Assembly: GCA_001643675.2 (NCBI GenBank)
Contig: LSRY02000042.1
Span: forward strand, 62,001 to 126,000
Direction: 5' to 3'
DNA from: Monocercomonoides exilis PA203
Taxonomy: Eukaryota; Protista; Preaxostyla
DNA: 64,000 nucleotides
The notes beneath the pieces are model-generated. The model was not told the DNA's origin, made no database searches, and saw only the letters and a list, made by a program, of their open reading frames with translations. The position numbers and the translations under genes were made by a program. Shown here piece by piece: positions 1-9,800 of the stretch (positions are counted from its first letter, which is position 1; each line of letters begins with the position of its first letter).

Positions 1-229
1 AGAAGTTGAGTTGATGTTTTCTTTTGAAAATCAGAAAATAATCAAAAAGGAGAAGAATCACGTTTTCTCAGAAAGAAAATGTTTAAATAAAATTATGAAA
101 TAAAATTAGATAAGATAAGACAAGATTAGAAAGAAAGTGTGATAAGACAATAATAAAAATAATCTATTTTTGTGTGTGTGTTTATTCTTGTTTTTGTTCT
201 TCAAATGAAATTTCTTCTTCTTTGTGACT

Positions 230-560
230 TTTTTCAATATAAATTCAATTCTTCTTTCATTTTTCTTTTCTTTTCTTTTCTTCTTTTCTTTTTATGGAAT
301 CTTTCAATTTCTATCAATTTCTTTATTAATTTCCAGAAAAATCGTCTTTTCTTCAAATCTTTCTCTATTTTTCTTTCTTTCTTTCTCTTTCTTTCTCTTT
401 CTTTCTCTTTCTTTCTCTTTCTTTCTCTTTCTTTCTCTTTCTTTCTCTTTCTTCCTTTCTTTCTCTTTCTTCCTTTCTTTTTTCTTTCTTCCTTCCTTCC
501 TTCTTCTCTCTTTTCTCTTTTCTCTTTCTCTCTTTCTCCTTCTTTCTTATTCCATCTCAT
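230..560. repeat. CT-rich low-complexity tract (tctt/tctc-based)
   Basis: Degenerate repeats such as ctttctctttctttctctt. They account for the F/S/L-rich and K/E/R-rich spurious ORFs in the track. Confidence 0.85.
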
Positions 561-627
561 TCAATTTGTTTTTATTCTAAAATTTTGTCATTTTGCTCTT
601 CATTTTTCTTCTTCCTCCTCGTTTCCT

Positions 628-3600
628 TCATTCTTCTTTGATTTCTTCTTCTTTTTCTTCTTCTTCTTTCTCTTCTTCCTCATCTTTTTCATTTTCCAAT
701 TCATCATTCTCTTTTAAATGTGTTGATTTTTTTGCTTTCTTTCTTTTTTTCCCTTTCTTCTTCTCTTTCTCTCTTTCTTCTTCTTCTTCTTCTTCTTCAT
801 TTTCATCTTCATTGATCTCTTCATCTTTCATTCTTGTTTCTTCATTTTGTTTGTTTGATTGCAATGAAAATGTGTTTGTTTCTGTCACAAATTCTTTCAA
901 ATTCACATTCATTTTGTTTGCTTGCAATTCTTCTTTATTCAAAATTGAAGAAGAAGAAGAGGAAAAAGAGGAAGAGGAAGAATAAGAAGAAGGATAAGAA
1001 GGAAGTGATAAAGCCTGACTTAATGTTTCTTCAATGAATTCACTTCTAATTCCTTCTTTTCTCTCATCTTTCTGAAAATGTCTGTCAGATTTGTTATTTT
1101 CGTGTGTTGTATCGTTCAAATGCTGAATGGTTGTTGTATTTCCATTTGAATTTGATTTTATTATCACTGGATTGTTTGTTGTTCTGTATTCTTCTTCCTC
1201 TTCTTTTTCTTCTTCTAGTTGTAGTTCTAATTTTAATTCTCTTTCTCCTTTTCTTCCTCTTCCTATTCCTCTTCCTTTTTTCCCCTCATACAATCCATCC
1301 TCTCCTTCTTCTTCTTTTCCTCTTCCTTCTTCCTCTTCCTTCTCCTCCTCAACATTCACCCACCTCTTCTTTGAGCTCTTCTTCTTCTCAGCAAAAAGAA
1401 GAACAGAAAATACAACCACAACCACAACAATCATACAAGCTAACACAACAATCACAACAATATACCAAGGAAATGCCTTTTCTCCTTTTCCTTCTGTTTC
1501 CTTCTCTTCCTTCGGATTCTCTTTATCTTTATCTTTATCTTTATCTTTATCTTTATCTTTATCTTTATCTTTATCTTTATCTTTATCTTCTTCTTTTGGC
1601 TCATCTTTTTCCTCTTCCTTTGGCTTCTCTTCCTCTTCCTTCCTCTTCAAATACTTCTCATACGCATCTTCTGGCTCTGATTCTTCATCTTTTGCTCCCA
1701 CAATCCACCCAGCTGTTGAATTGCCATAATCATTCGCAAACTCAAATGCGTCTTCTCTTTTGCAGAACTCATCAAAATCTGGCGCAATGATGAACAGAGA
1801 AGATGTTTGCGAGCCAGCTGTGTTTGAGCTGTCTATCTCCAGATTGTTTGCTGCGGGAAGCTGAATATTCGATGCTGCCTTTGGCATCTCAATGTATATT
1901 GCCCCAACTTTCCCATTCGATGCTGAACAAGATTTGAATGAGCATTTGTCGTTTCTTCCAATCGCGACTGTTGATTCTTCTGAACTCAAAGAAATCTCCA
2001 AGCCAGCCACATCTCCATTCTCTGAGTTCACTTCCTTCATGCTCAGCCCTTCAATGCTCACTGTTGAAGGTGAGCTTTCGCCATCTTTAATGGCAATCGC
2101 TGCTCCATTTTGGACATTCACATTGCTCACCTCCACTCCATTCAATGAAATTTCATTGACTCCTTCAAAATAAAATGGCGAAATCGAAAACGAAACACAA
2201 ATTGAATCATCTGCACATGAAACATTGTTCAATGTTACTTTCCCACTTATAACCTTCACTAGATTGCCTGCAACAGAACTGTCTCCATCAACACATGTGC
2301 CAATTCCTCCTCCTGTTGATGATTGTGCTCCAATTCTGACAAATCGGCAATTGCTGATCGAAAAAGACGCTGACCTTTCATTTCCAAAAATCAAAGTTGT
2401 CCATTTTGAACTTGAAATTTGAAAGTTGAACGCCAAATACTTGAATTCCACCTCTTTTTCGCACGTGAATAAAGCACTTGAAGCTCGAACATCGCAATCA
2501 ATAGCCACTTCTGCATTTCCCTTTCCATTGCTGTTAACTCCTTCAATGGTTATTCCCTTTTCGTTGCTAATTGTCATTTCTTCTGCTGAAAATGGGTTGT
2601 CGTCTTTTACAATCTCCATGTAATATCCCTCTGGACTTGGAATTCCATTCAGTTTGCTGAATGCTCCTTTCAATGAACTCAATGGCGAATTGCTTGTCAA
2701 TCCGTCTCCTGTTCCTTTGTTCTTTATAAATAATATAACAGATTGATCTAAATACAAGTACACAAAATCGAAAAATTTATCTGTTTCATCAATACATGCT
2801 GCAACATTCCACAAATTATCTCTTCTATTGTAATTAGCTGCAAAACTCTTCTTCATTTCTGCTGCTAAATCTTCAAATAATAAGTCATTTGCCATGCACA
2901 ATAACAGTCCAGTGTCTCTTTTTGACTGACCTTCTCCGACTGTGCATTTGTCAAATATCAGATTCTTTCCATTTTCGGGCCATTTAATCTGACTTGCTGA
3001 TGTAATAGCTTTCATTCGCAGATATAATGCAGAGCTATATTCAAAATCAGTATGAAATGAAGAAAAAGTTGTGACACCTCCATCTCCAACAGTAAATGTG
3101 CTTTCTTCGTTACCAGTTTTGAAAGCCAAAGCCATGCGAAAGCCGTTTATCTCCGAAAATGTACTCCCATTCAATTTAACATCACCTTTGATGCCTTCCA
3201 TGTCAACGTTCATATCGACAACTGCTTCTGCATGTTTAACACCATTTGAATCAGCAATTAAATCAATTTTCTTCAGAGCCAAATTAGACAATATCACTAT
3301 TTCACATTCATATGTAATAAACAGTTCTCTCTTCGTTGAAAATGTATTTTCTTCATCTGCGCATTCAACCGAGTCCATCGTCAATGATCCTTGATATTGG
3401 TAAACAAGTCTACAATCAACCACGCTTCCATCTGCTGGTCGAATAAATTTGCAGTTGCTTATTGTCAAGCTTGTACGTTGTGCGTTTATCAAAGCTAATG
3501 AAAATCCTGATTGGCTCGCTTCATTATCCAATGTTATTGGAACGTGGAATGCCAAGTATTTGAATTCCACAGGACAATTGCAATTAAATAGATCTGAACT

Positions 3601-3927
3601 TTGATGCACTTCACAGTCTATTTCCACTTCAGTATTTCCACTTCCATCACTTTTCCATCCTTCAAGTGTAATTCTTGTCTTTTTTCTTGCTGTAAAGACT
3701 TCCGCAGGAAATGGATTTTCATCTTCAACAACTTTCATGTAGCATTCTGTTTCATCACTCAGGAGTATGTATGCTAAAAACAAACTTTGTTTTTCCTGGC
3801 CAATATCCAATCCGCTGTTGGAATTGTCCCCGCTTTGCTTGACAAACACTGTTGTAATTGGCTGTGATGGCTCGTCTAGCGAGTAAATCGATTTTACAAT
3901 TTGGAAAAGAATTAATCCCCAAAACAT
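628..3927 (-). CDS. 1099-aa type I membrane/surface protein with two duplicated extracellular modules, KD-repeat stalk, TM helix and acidic low-complexity tail
   Basis: Uninterrupted ORF. N-terminal signal-like MFWGLILFQIVKSIYS. Duplicated module (ITLEGWKSDGSGNTEVEIDCEV / ITIEGVNSNGKGNAEVAIDCDV; VEFKYLAF twice). TM WYIVVIVVLACMIVVVVVVFSVLLFA followed by EKKKSSKK. Confidence 0.8.
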   Translation of the reverse strand: MFWGLILFQIVKSIYSLDEPSQPITTVFVKQSGDNSNSGLDIGQEKQSLFLAYILLSDETECYMKVVEDENPFPAEVFTARKKTRITLEGWKSDGSGNTEVEIDCEVHQSSDLFNCNCPVEFKYLAFHVPITLDNEASQSGFSLALINAQRTSLTISNCKFIRPADGSVVDCRLVYQYQGSLTMDSVECADEENTFSTKRELFITYECEIVILSNLALKKIDLIADSNGVKHAEAVVDMNVDMEGIKGDVKLNGSTFSEINGFRMALAFKTGNEESTFTVGDGGVTTFSSFHTDFEYSSALYLRMKAITSASQIKWPENGKNLIFDKCTVGEGQSKRDTGLLLCMANDLLFEDLAAEMKKSFAANYNRRDNLWNVAACIDETDKFFDFVYLYLDQSVILFIKNKGTGDGLTSNSPLSSLKGAFSKLNGIPSPEGYYMEIVKDDNPFSAEEMTISNEKGITIEGVNSNGKGNAEVAIDCDVRASSALFTCEKEVEFKYLAFNFQISSSKWTTLIFGNERSASFSISNCRFVRIGAQSSTGGGIGTCVDGDSSVAGNLVKVISGKVTLNNVSCADDSICVSFSISPFYFEGVNEISLNGVEVSNVNVQNGAAIAIKDGESSPSTVSIEGLSMKEVNSENGDVAGLEISLSSEESTVAIGRNDKCSFKSCSASNGKVGAIYIEMPKAASNIQLPAANNLEIDSSNTAGSQTSSLFIIAPDFDEFCKREDAFEFANDYGNSTAGWIVGAKDEESEPEDAYEKYLKRKEEEEKPKEEEKDEPKEEDKDKDKDKDKDKDKDKDKDKDKENPKEEKETEGKGEKAFPWYIVVIVVLACMIVVVVVVFSVLLFAEKKKSSKKRWVNVEEEKEEEEGRGKEEEGEDGLYEGKKGRGIGRGRKGERELKLELQLEEEKEEEEEYRTTNNPVIIKSNSNGNTTTIQHLNDTTHENNKSDRHFQKDERKEGIRSEFIEETLSQALSLPSYPSSYSSSSSFSSSSSSILNKEELQANKMNVNLKEFVTETNTFSLQSNKQNEETRMKDEEINEDENEEEEEEEEREKEKKKGKKRKKAKKSTHLKENDELENEKDEEEEKEEEEKEEEIKEE
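1520..1588. repeat. (TCTTTA)n hexamer encoding the poly-(DK) stalk
   Basis: Tandem tcttta units; minus strand reads DKDKDKDK just before the TM segment. Confidence 0.9.
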
Positions 3928-4655
3928 TCTTAAAAATACACTTTTTTCAAATTTTCAATTTTGATCAATCATTGTATAAAATGAAAATTGATTACAAAAA
4001 TATAAATAAATCAAAAAACGAAAGCAAATGGAAAAAATTATGATTGTTCAATGAAATAATAAGCACTTTATTTTAAATCCGAAAATGACTAATTTTAAGA
4101 AAAGAAAACTGAAAAAAATCTATTTTTTGAAAAAAAATCTAACAAAAGAGTTAACAAGAACATGTAACAGCTCTTCATCTTGTTGGATTCCTCATTGTTC
4201 AGATAATAAGAATACACATATTTCAGATCAGTTTTTCTTCGAATTCTCATTCTTCTCTTTCTCTTTCTTTTCCTTCTTTTAATTCTTCTTCTTCTTTCTC
4301 TTCTTCTTCATCATCATCATCTTCTTCTTCTTCTTCTTATTCTTATTCTTATTCTTATTCTTCATATTCGACAGTTATATGAAGAGGATATATTTTATCT
4401 AATAAACATCTGAAAGCCTGTTTCCAAAAGTCTGTTTTGATAAACTTCTTCTCTCTCATCTTTCTTCCAATCAAAAGCAACAGCACATCACATGGAACAA
4501 GAAAGATACCAGTGATTAGCCCAATAATTGACAAGAAGCACAATTGCTAACAATTAATCATTCTTCTCTTCTTCAATTGTATATCCAGTTTTGTCAAGAA
4601 AATCTCTCAAACATTCAATTAAAATGAATAACATTTTAATTGTCAAGAAAACTTC

Positions 4656-4743
4656 CATTCAATTTCTTCTCTTCTTGTTGAGAGATGCCACTTAATGGGT
4701 CATGTCACTTGAAGTGATAAAAAGGCATGATGATATGTACTGA
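4656..4743 (+). repeat. Left ITR of DIRS element 1
   Basis: cattcaatttc...gatatgtactga is the exact reverse complement of 9106-9193 (88 bp, compared by eye). Confidence 0.95.
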
Positions 4744-5643
4744 ACCACTCAACAACCTTCAGCTTCTGGAATTGCGCTTTCTACTGACCAAGCAGTGCTT
4801 GGGAGTGGGCCAACAATATCCTCAAGCAATACGAGTTCACCATCCTCCACCTTTCCTTCAATTTTTTCGCAACCTTCATTGACCACTGAACAAAGCCAGG
4901 AAAGAAGACAGACCTCTGAAACTGAGATAGAAAGCGATGGACAAGAAATTGTAACGTCGGATGTTATTTTTTCATCAGTTTTTAACGCTGAACCAACAAT
5001 TTCACTTTTCGATGTGAAATTGTTAAGATCCGATATCGACGAAATATCAACATTTTATAATAAGCTCGATTTCAACCCTGTTGTAGGTCACAGTCCTCCA
5101 ACAGCTGTGAGAACGGAATATTGGTATAGAGATGCATTAGAAAAAGCAGGGGAACAAGTTGAGAGATATCTATTCCCTGCTTTCAAAGCTATTTTGTTAT
5201 CAATTCAAAATATCAAGAAGAAGGCCGAGACTGCTGAAGAAGTTGCAAAAGACGCCTTGATGCTTATTACACAGGCAATGCAGGAAGCTAGAAAGATGCG
5301 AATTCAAGGAAGATATGGATTTACAGCAGCAAGAAAGATGGAAGCTGAGGCGACTGGTGGATTGCTTACGAAGAGGCAACAAGATATATTGGAGGAGACA
5401 ATACTGGAATTGAAACAGACTCAAAGAGCTGCAATTGACAGTAAATTGACATGAAAAACAGATGATTATCATAGAGAAACACATCGAGCGGTGCAGTCAA
5501 GAAGTTTCAGCGGAAGGCAGTTTTTTCGGAGGTGGCCCCGGACGCCAGGAAGTCAGTATCGCTTCAGAAGCTCCCAGAGAAGAGCAGGGGAGACTTGGAA
5601 GAAGGGTGCTTCAAGACGTTCCGGGGGAGACAGGAAATATTAA
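4744..5643 (+). pseudogene. gag-like ORF1 of DIRS element 1 (one in-frame TGA at 5452-5454; start codon unclear)
   Basis: Aligns with element 2 gag (DALEKAGE/DALDKAGE; RIQGRYGF/RIQGRFGF; LLTKRQ/LLTQRQ). The frame continues past the TGA to an Arg-rich tail RRSGGDRKY*, which matches RRQSGERKFQ* in element 2. Confidence 0.75.
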
Positions 5644-8600
5644 TGGAGACCCAAGAGAGGATTGGAGGCAGGACAGCTCAGTTTTTGGAGGAATGGGACA
5701 AAATCTAAGGAGGAAGCCTTATAAGACTGGGCGCACACGCTTCATGGATAAACAGAAAAGCAAAGGAAGCACTGAGGAAGAAATCTTGGGAGGATGGAGC
5801 TACGCGCATGAGCATGGAACAGCGATTGGCTTTCAGAAACGTGTTGAAAGAACAACTGGAGACAAACATTGTCAGCGCAATACCTCCAGAACAGGTCAGC
5901 TTTCGGAACAATGTCTTTCTCATCAGGAAGAAGTCAGGCGCCTGGCGCCAAATCCTGGATTACCGTCATGTGAATGCTGCAATGAAAAAGTCGCATTTCA
6001 AATCCGTAAACGAACAGATGGAAGAACATTTGATAGAAAAGAGAGACTTTGCGATAACATTGGATCTTTCCCAGGCGTATTTCTTATTACAAGTATCCGA
6101 CTTCCTGAAGCCGTTTCTTTGTTTTTGGTTCGAAGAACAAGACTATGTTTTCGAAGCCATGCCCTTCGGCTTTACAGATGCCCCTCGGTTTTTCACAAAG
6201 ATAATGAGGAAAGTGACAGCAGCGATAAAGGAAAAATGGAAAGTCAGAGTGGTTTCTTTCTTGGACGATCTTATTCTGTTGCACTAAGACAACAGCTTAC
6301 TGAAGAAAAATTCAGAAGAAGTAATTCTGTTTTTAAAAAGACTAGGATTACTCATCAACATAGAGAAATGTCAGCTGGAACCAACACAGAAGTTTGTGTT
6401 CTTGGGGTTCCTTTGGAACACAGAAGACTTTTCAGTTCAATTGAGCGAGGAAAGGCGTTCTTCTCTCAAAGCGATGTTGAGTCAATGGAAAGTGAAGGCA
6501 ATAAGAGCCAAAACAGTTCGAATAAAGGATTTTGCCTCAGCAATTGGAAAGCTCAGCGCAGTAAGATTCGTATACCAGGATGCGTCACTTCACCTTACAG
6601 CTCATCATCGTCTCCTGCAGAGGAACGTGAAGACATACGGATGGAGCTGTGTGATGAGGATGAATGCTTCAGTGTTGAGGGAGATTCAGGAGTGGCAATG
6701 GATATTGAGCCGGAATCGACAGAGAATATTACAACCAGTGTTTATTCCCCAGGCTGTGTTAACGACAGATGCTGCGGAAACAGCATGGGGTGCAACATTC
6801 AGAGTGAACAACAACATTATGGATTGGCACGCCAAGTTCCCCAACTATGTCCGAAGCCAATCATCCAACTTCAGAGAACAACTAGCTGTTTTGCAAGCGC
6901 TTCGCCATTTTTCTCGAACAATTCAAAAAAACAAAATAACTCGTCTATTGATTCGTTCGGACAACAGCTCAGTTATCTACAACGTGAATCGTTGGAACGC
7001 AGGCAAGAATCTTCGTCCAGTGCTTCGCAAGATATGGAAATGGGCGGAGGCGAGGAATCTGACAATAAAAGCACAACATCTCCCAGGAAGAAAGAACCAC
7101 AGAGCGGATGCGCTGTCTCGATTGGAAAGGGCAGGCGAATACGAAATAAAGGACGAAGCACTCAAAGAGATTCTTGCACAGTTGAAAGTGAAACCGACTC
7201 TCGATGCTTTTGCATCGGAACACAATCACAAAGTGGAAAGATGGTGTGGAGTGGGCAGTCCAATTGCCGAAGACGGATTGACAGTTTTTTGGAGCAATGA
7301 GTGTGTTCTTGCTCATCCACCGATACCTCTGATTCCGATGGTAATACGAAAGGCTCTGATGGAGAAAGCTCGAGCGATTATACTCCTGACGAGCTGGAAG
7401 GGTCAGAATTGGGACATCCTTCTTCGAACGAGCAGTTATTACAGCTTGGAATTGAATTACAGCTCCAAGATTCTTCAGGAGGGGCAATGGATGAAGAAGA
7501 CGGGAGCCTGTCTTCCTCCAGGGAAGATGAAAGTAATCCTGCTGAATCCATCAAGGAGAGAGGTGAAGCCTGGTGGCTGCATGCCCTTCACGAAAGAGGT
7601 GTCTCCTTGGAACTCGCAGAGGAATGCAAGGCTGGAATTTCAAAGACAACATGGGATGGATATTTATTCTGTTTCGCGCACTTTTCAGATCAATGGAAGA
7701 AGTGTGCCCATGGACATATTCCAGACAACTTACCGGACTGGACCATCAAATGTGCGGATGTATTTTTAACAATGAAGAATAGAGGATTCAAGGTTTCAGT
7801 TATACAGATGGAAAGAGCAGCTGTGTCATTTTATTCAGTTCTTGCTTTCAATTCTGCATTGGGAGATATTGCAATCATCAGGATCCTATTCAGAGCATTT
7901 CGAAGAAACGACATATCAAGAAAGAAGATGGCTCCAGAGATTTGGAATCCGGATGTTTTGTTAAAATACTTCACCGAGTTAGGCCCAAACAACAAGTTAT
8001 CTTTCAAGACATTAACAATGAAGGTTATCACCTTAACAATGCTCTTCTCTGCCTGCAGATTTACAGAATTGGAGCGTGTCAACATGGAGAACTCTCGGTT
8101 TGAAGAGGAAGGTGTATATTTGGACACAGTGTTGAAAACATCACATACACGGTCAGAGATTGCAGTTCCTTTTCTGCCCGATCTCCCACTTATTTGTCCA
8201 GCTTCTGCAATTAAGGATTTGTATTTCCTGGTAAAACAAAAACAGAACAGCAACAAACTTCTGCTCAATACTACAACATTCGAGCCGCTGACTGCTTCGG
8301 GTATCCGCAAGTTAGCTAAGGAGGCAATGAAGCTGACAGGAGTTCCTCAGAGATTCAAGCTGTACTCTTTAAAGGCAGCAACCTTGTCAACATTAACAAT
8401 GGCAGGAATCCCGCCTTTACAGATTGCTAAGTTTGCAAGGCTATCGCCGAAGACAAACACTCCAGCTAAGCACTATTTCAGGACTAATCTGGCATCGTCG
8501 ATGGCACAAGAAATTGCTGGAACAATGAAGGCACAGAAGACTGGTGACTGCGAGAGGGATGAAAGGCTGATAGTTAGTGATGAAGAGGAGGAAAAAAGAG

Positions 8601-8911
8601 AACAAGCCAATGAAGGAACTCTTTCGGAAAAGGAATCCATGAGTGAAGAAATTGAGGCTTCTATGCAGGAGTTAGTGGAAGATGTGAAAACGAAGACTGT
8701 CAGGCTGAAGAGGACAAAAGGAAAGAAGTGGCAAATTCAAGGAGAGGACGATAGAACCAGTGATGTATTGAATGTTGAACAGCACAAACAAGAAGAAGAA
8801 AATGACATTTTCATTATTCGCACAAGGGCACAAGCCAAAAGAGAATCCAAGACATATGATTTCCGCTCCTTCGATCGAAGTCCAAAGGCCAAAGCAACAG
8901 CTTCCAACTAA
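5462..8911 (+). pseudogene. Long overlapping ORF ending in tyrosine recombinase (single TGA at 7298-7300)
   Basis: Track ORFs 5462..7300 and 7301..8911 are in the same frame and abut. The C-terminal part has YR motifs SACRFTEL, LKTS, ICPA, YSLK and KHY. Confidence 0.85.
5643..7769 (+). pseudogene. pol of DIRS element 1: reverse transcriptase, RNase H and DNA adenine-methyltransferase-like domain (in-frame TAA at 5706 and 6285)
   Basis: RT motifs LDLSQAY, MPFG..DAPR.F, FLDD, FLGF. RNaseH motifs TTDAA, REQLAV, RSDNS, N.RADALSR. MT-like LDAFAS...AHPP. All in one frame from ATG 5643. Confidence 0.9.
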
Positions 8912-8916
8912 GTTTT

Positions 8917-9018
8917 TCTCTCAACAAGAAGAGAAGAAATTAAATGGAAGTTTTCTTGACAATTAAAATGTTATGCATTTTAATTAGAAAAGAAAACAAA
9001 CATTCAATTTCTTCTCTT
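8917..9018 (+). repeat. Internal complementary region (ICR) of DIRS element 1
   Basis: 8917-8985 is the reverse complement of the left end 4617-4685 (2 mismatches). 8984-9018 is the reverse complement of the right end 9176-9210. Confidence 0.92.
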
Positions 9019-9105
9019 TGCCCACCCCTTTTGTTACCCAACCCCTTTTGATGTTTTTTCTCTTCTCGCGCCAATACGGTTTTTTAGGGCGCAAAGTATT
9101 TGAGA

Positions 9106-9193
9106 TCAGTACATATCATCATGCCTTTTTATCACTTCAAGTGACATGACCCATTAAGTGGCATCTCTCAACAAGAAGAGAAGAAATTGAATG
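9106..9193 (-). repeat. Right ITR of DIRS element 1
   Basis: Exact reverse complement of 4656-4743. Confidence 0.95.
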
Positions 9194-9210
9194 TTTGTTT
9201 TCTTTTCTAA

Positions 9211-9800
9211 AAAAACATCATTTTACTTGCCTTTTGTAGTTTTTCTTTTCTCATTCAGTTTGTAAATCGGCTGAATATGTTCAAAATTCAAACATGTTAT
9301 AAAAATTACCAGAAAAGATCCAATCGTCACCTCTCCGCACCAGAAAGACCATTCAATCAGTGTTCTCATTGCAAACACACACTGCAAAAATATTCAAGAG
9401 ACAAATTCAAACGCTTTCCACAGCGCACTTGACGATCGAAATAATCCTCATTGCTTCAAATTGTGATTGTATATCATGTTGTTTATAAATATTGAAGAAA
9501 TAATCAGAACAATAAGGTTAAGAATTGCCATTAGAAACCCTTAAATCGAAAAGAATGAACCAGAACAACTGCCTTCAAATCTCCGATGAACCTTTTGAAC
9601 TTAAGTTTAATAGCAATCAAATATTGTTATGCATATTGAAGTCAATGGGATAAATAAAATAGAGAATGAAAAGTTCACAAGCCAGCACAAAAGTTAAATA
9701 CACATGGTACAGCGCAGAAATCACTCCTTGAAAAATCTCCGTTCCCTCTGTGTTTATAATGAGCGATGCCAAATATCCTGTGCATCCTATTATTACAAAC
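9211..9800 (-). pseudogene. Decayed hydrophobic (membrane-protein-like) coding remnant, apparently continuing at ~4360-4616 on the other side of element 1
   Basis: Minus strand reads GYLASLIINTEGTEIFQGVISALYHVYLTFVLACELFILYFIYP with stops. Removing the element gives a readable NDVFFECLRDFLDKTGYTIEEEKND across the junction. Confidence 0.3.

Larger units (their letters stand above)
4617..9210 (+). mobile_element. DIRS-like tyrosine-recombinase retrotransposon, full length (element 1)
   Basis: Order is gag, RT, RNaseH, MT, YR. Inverted terminal repeats at 4656-4743 and 9106-9193. ICR at 8917-9018 is complementary to both outer ends. Confidence 0.95.

Noticed and set aside
172-1790. Plus-strand F/S/L-rich ORFs
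   Set aside because: Artefacts of CT-rich repeats and of the antisense strand of the 628..3927 gene.
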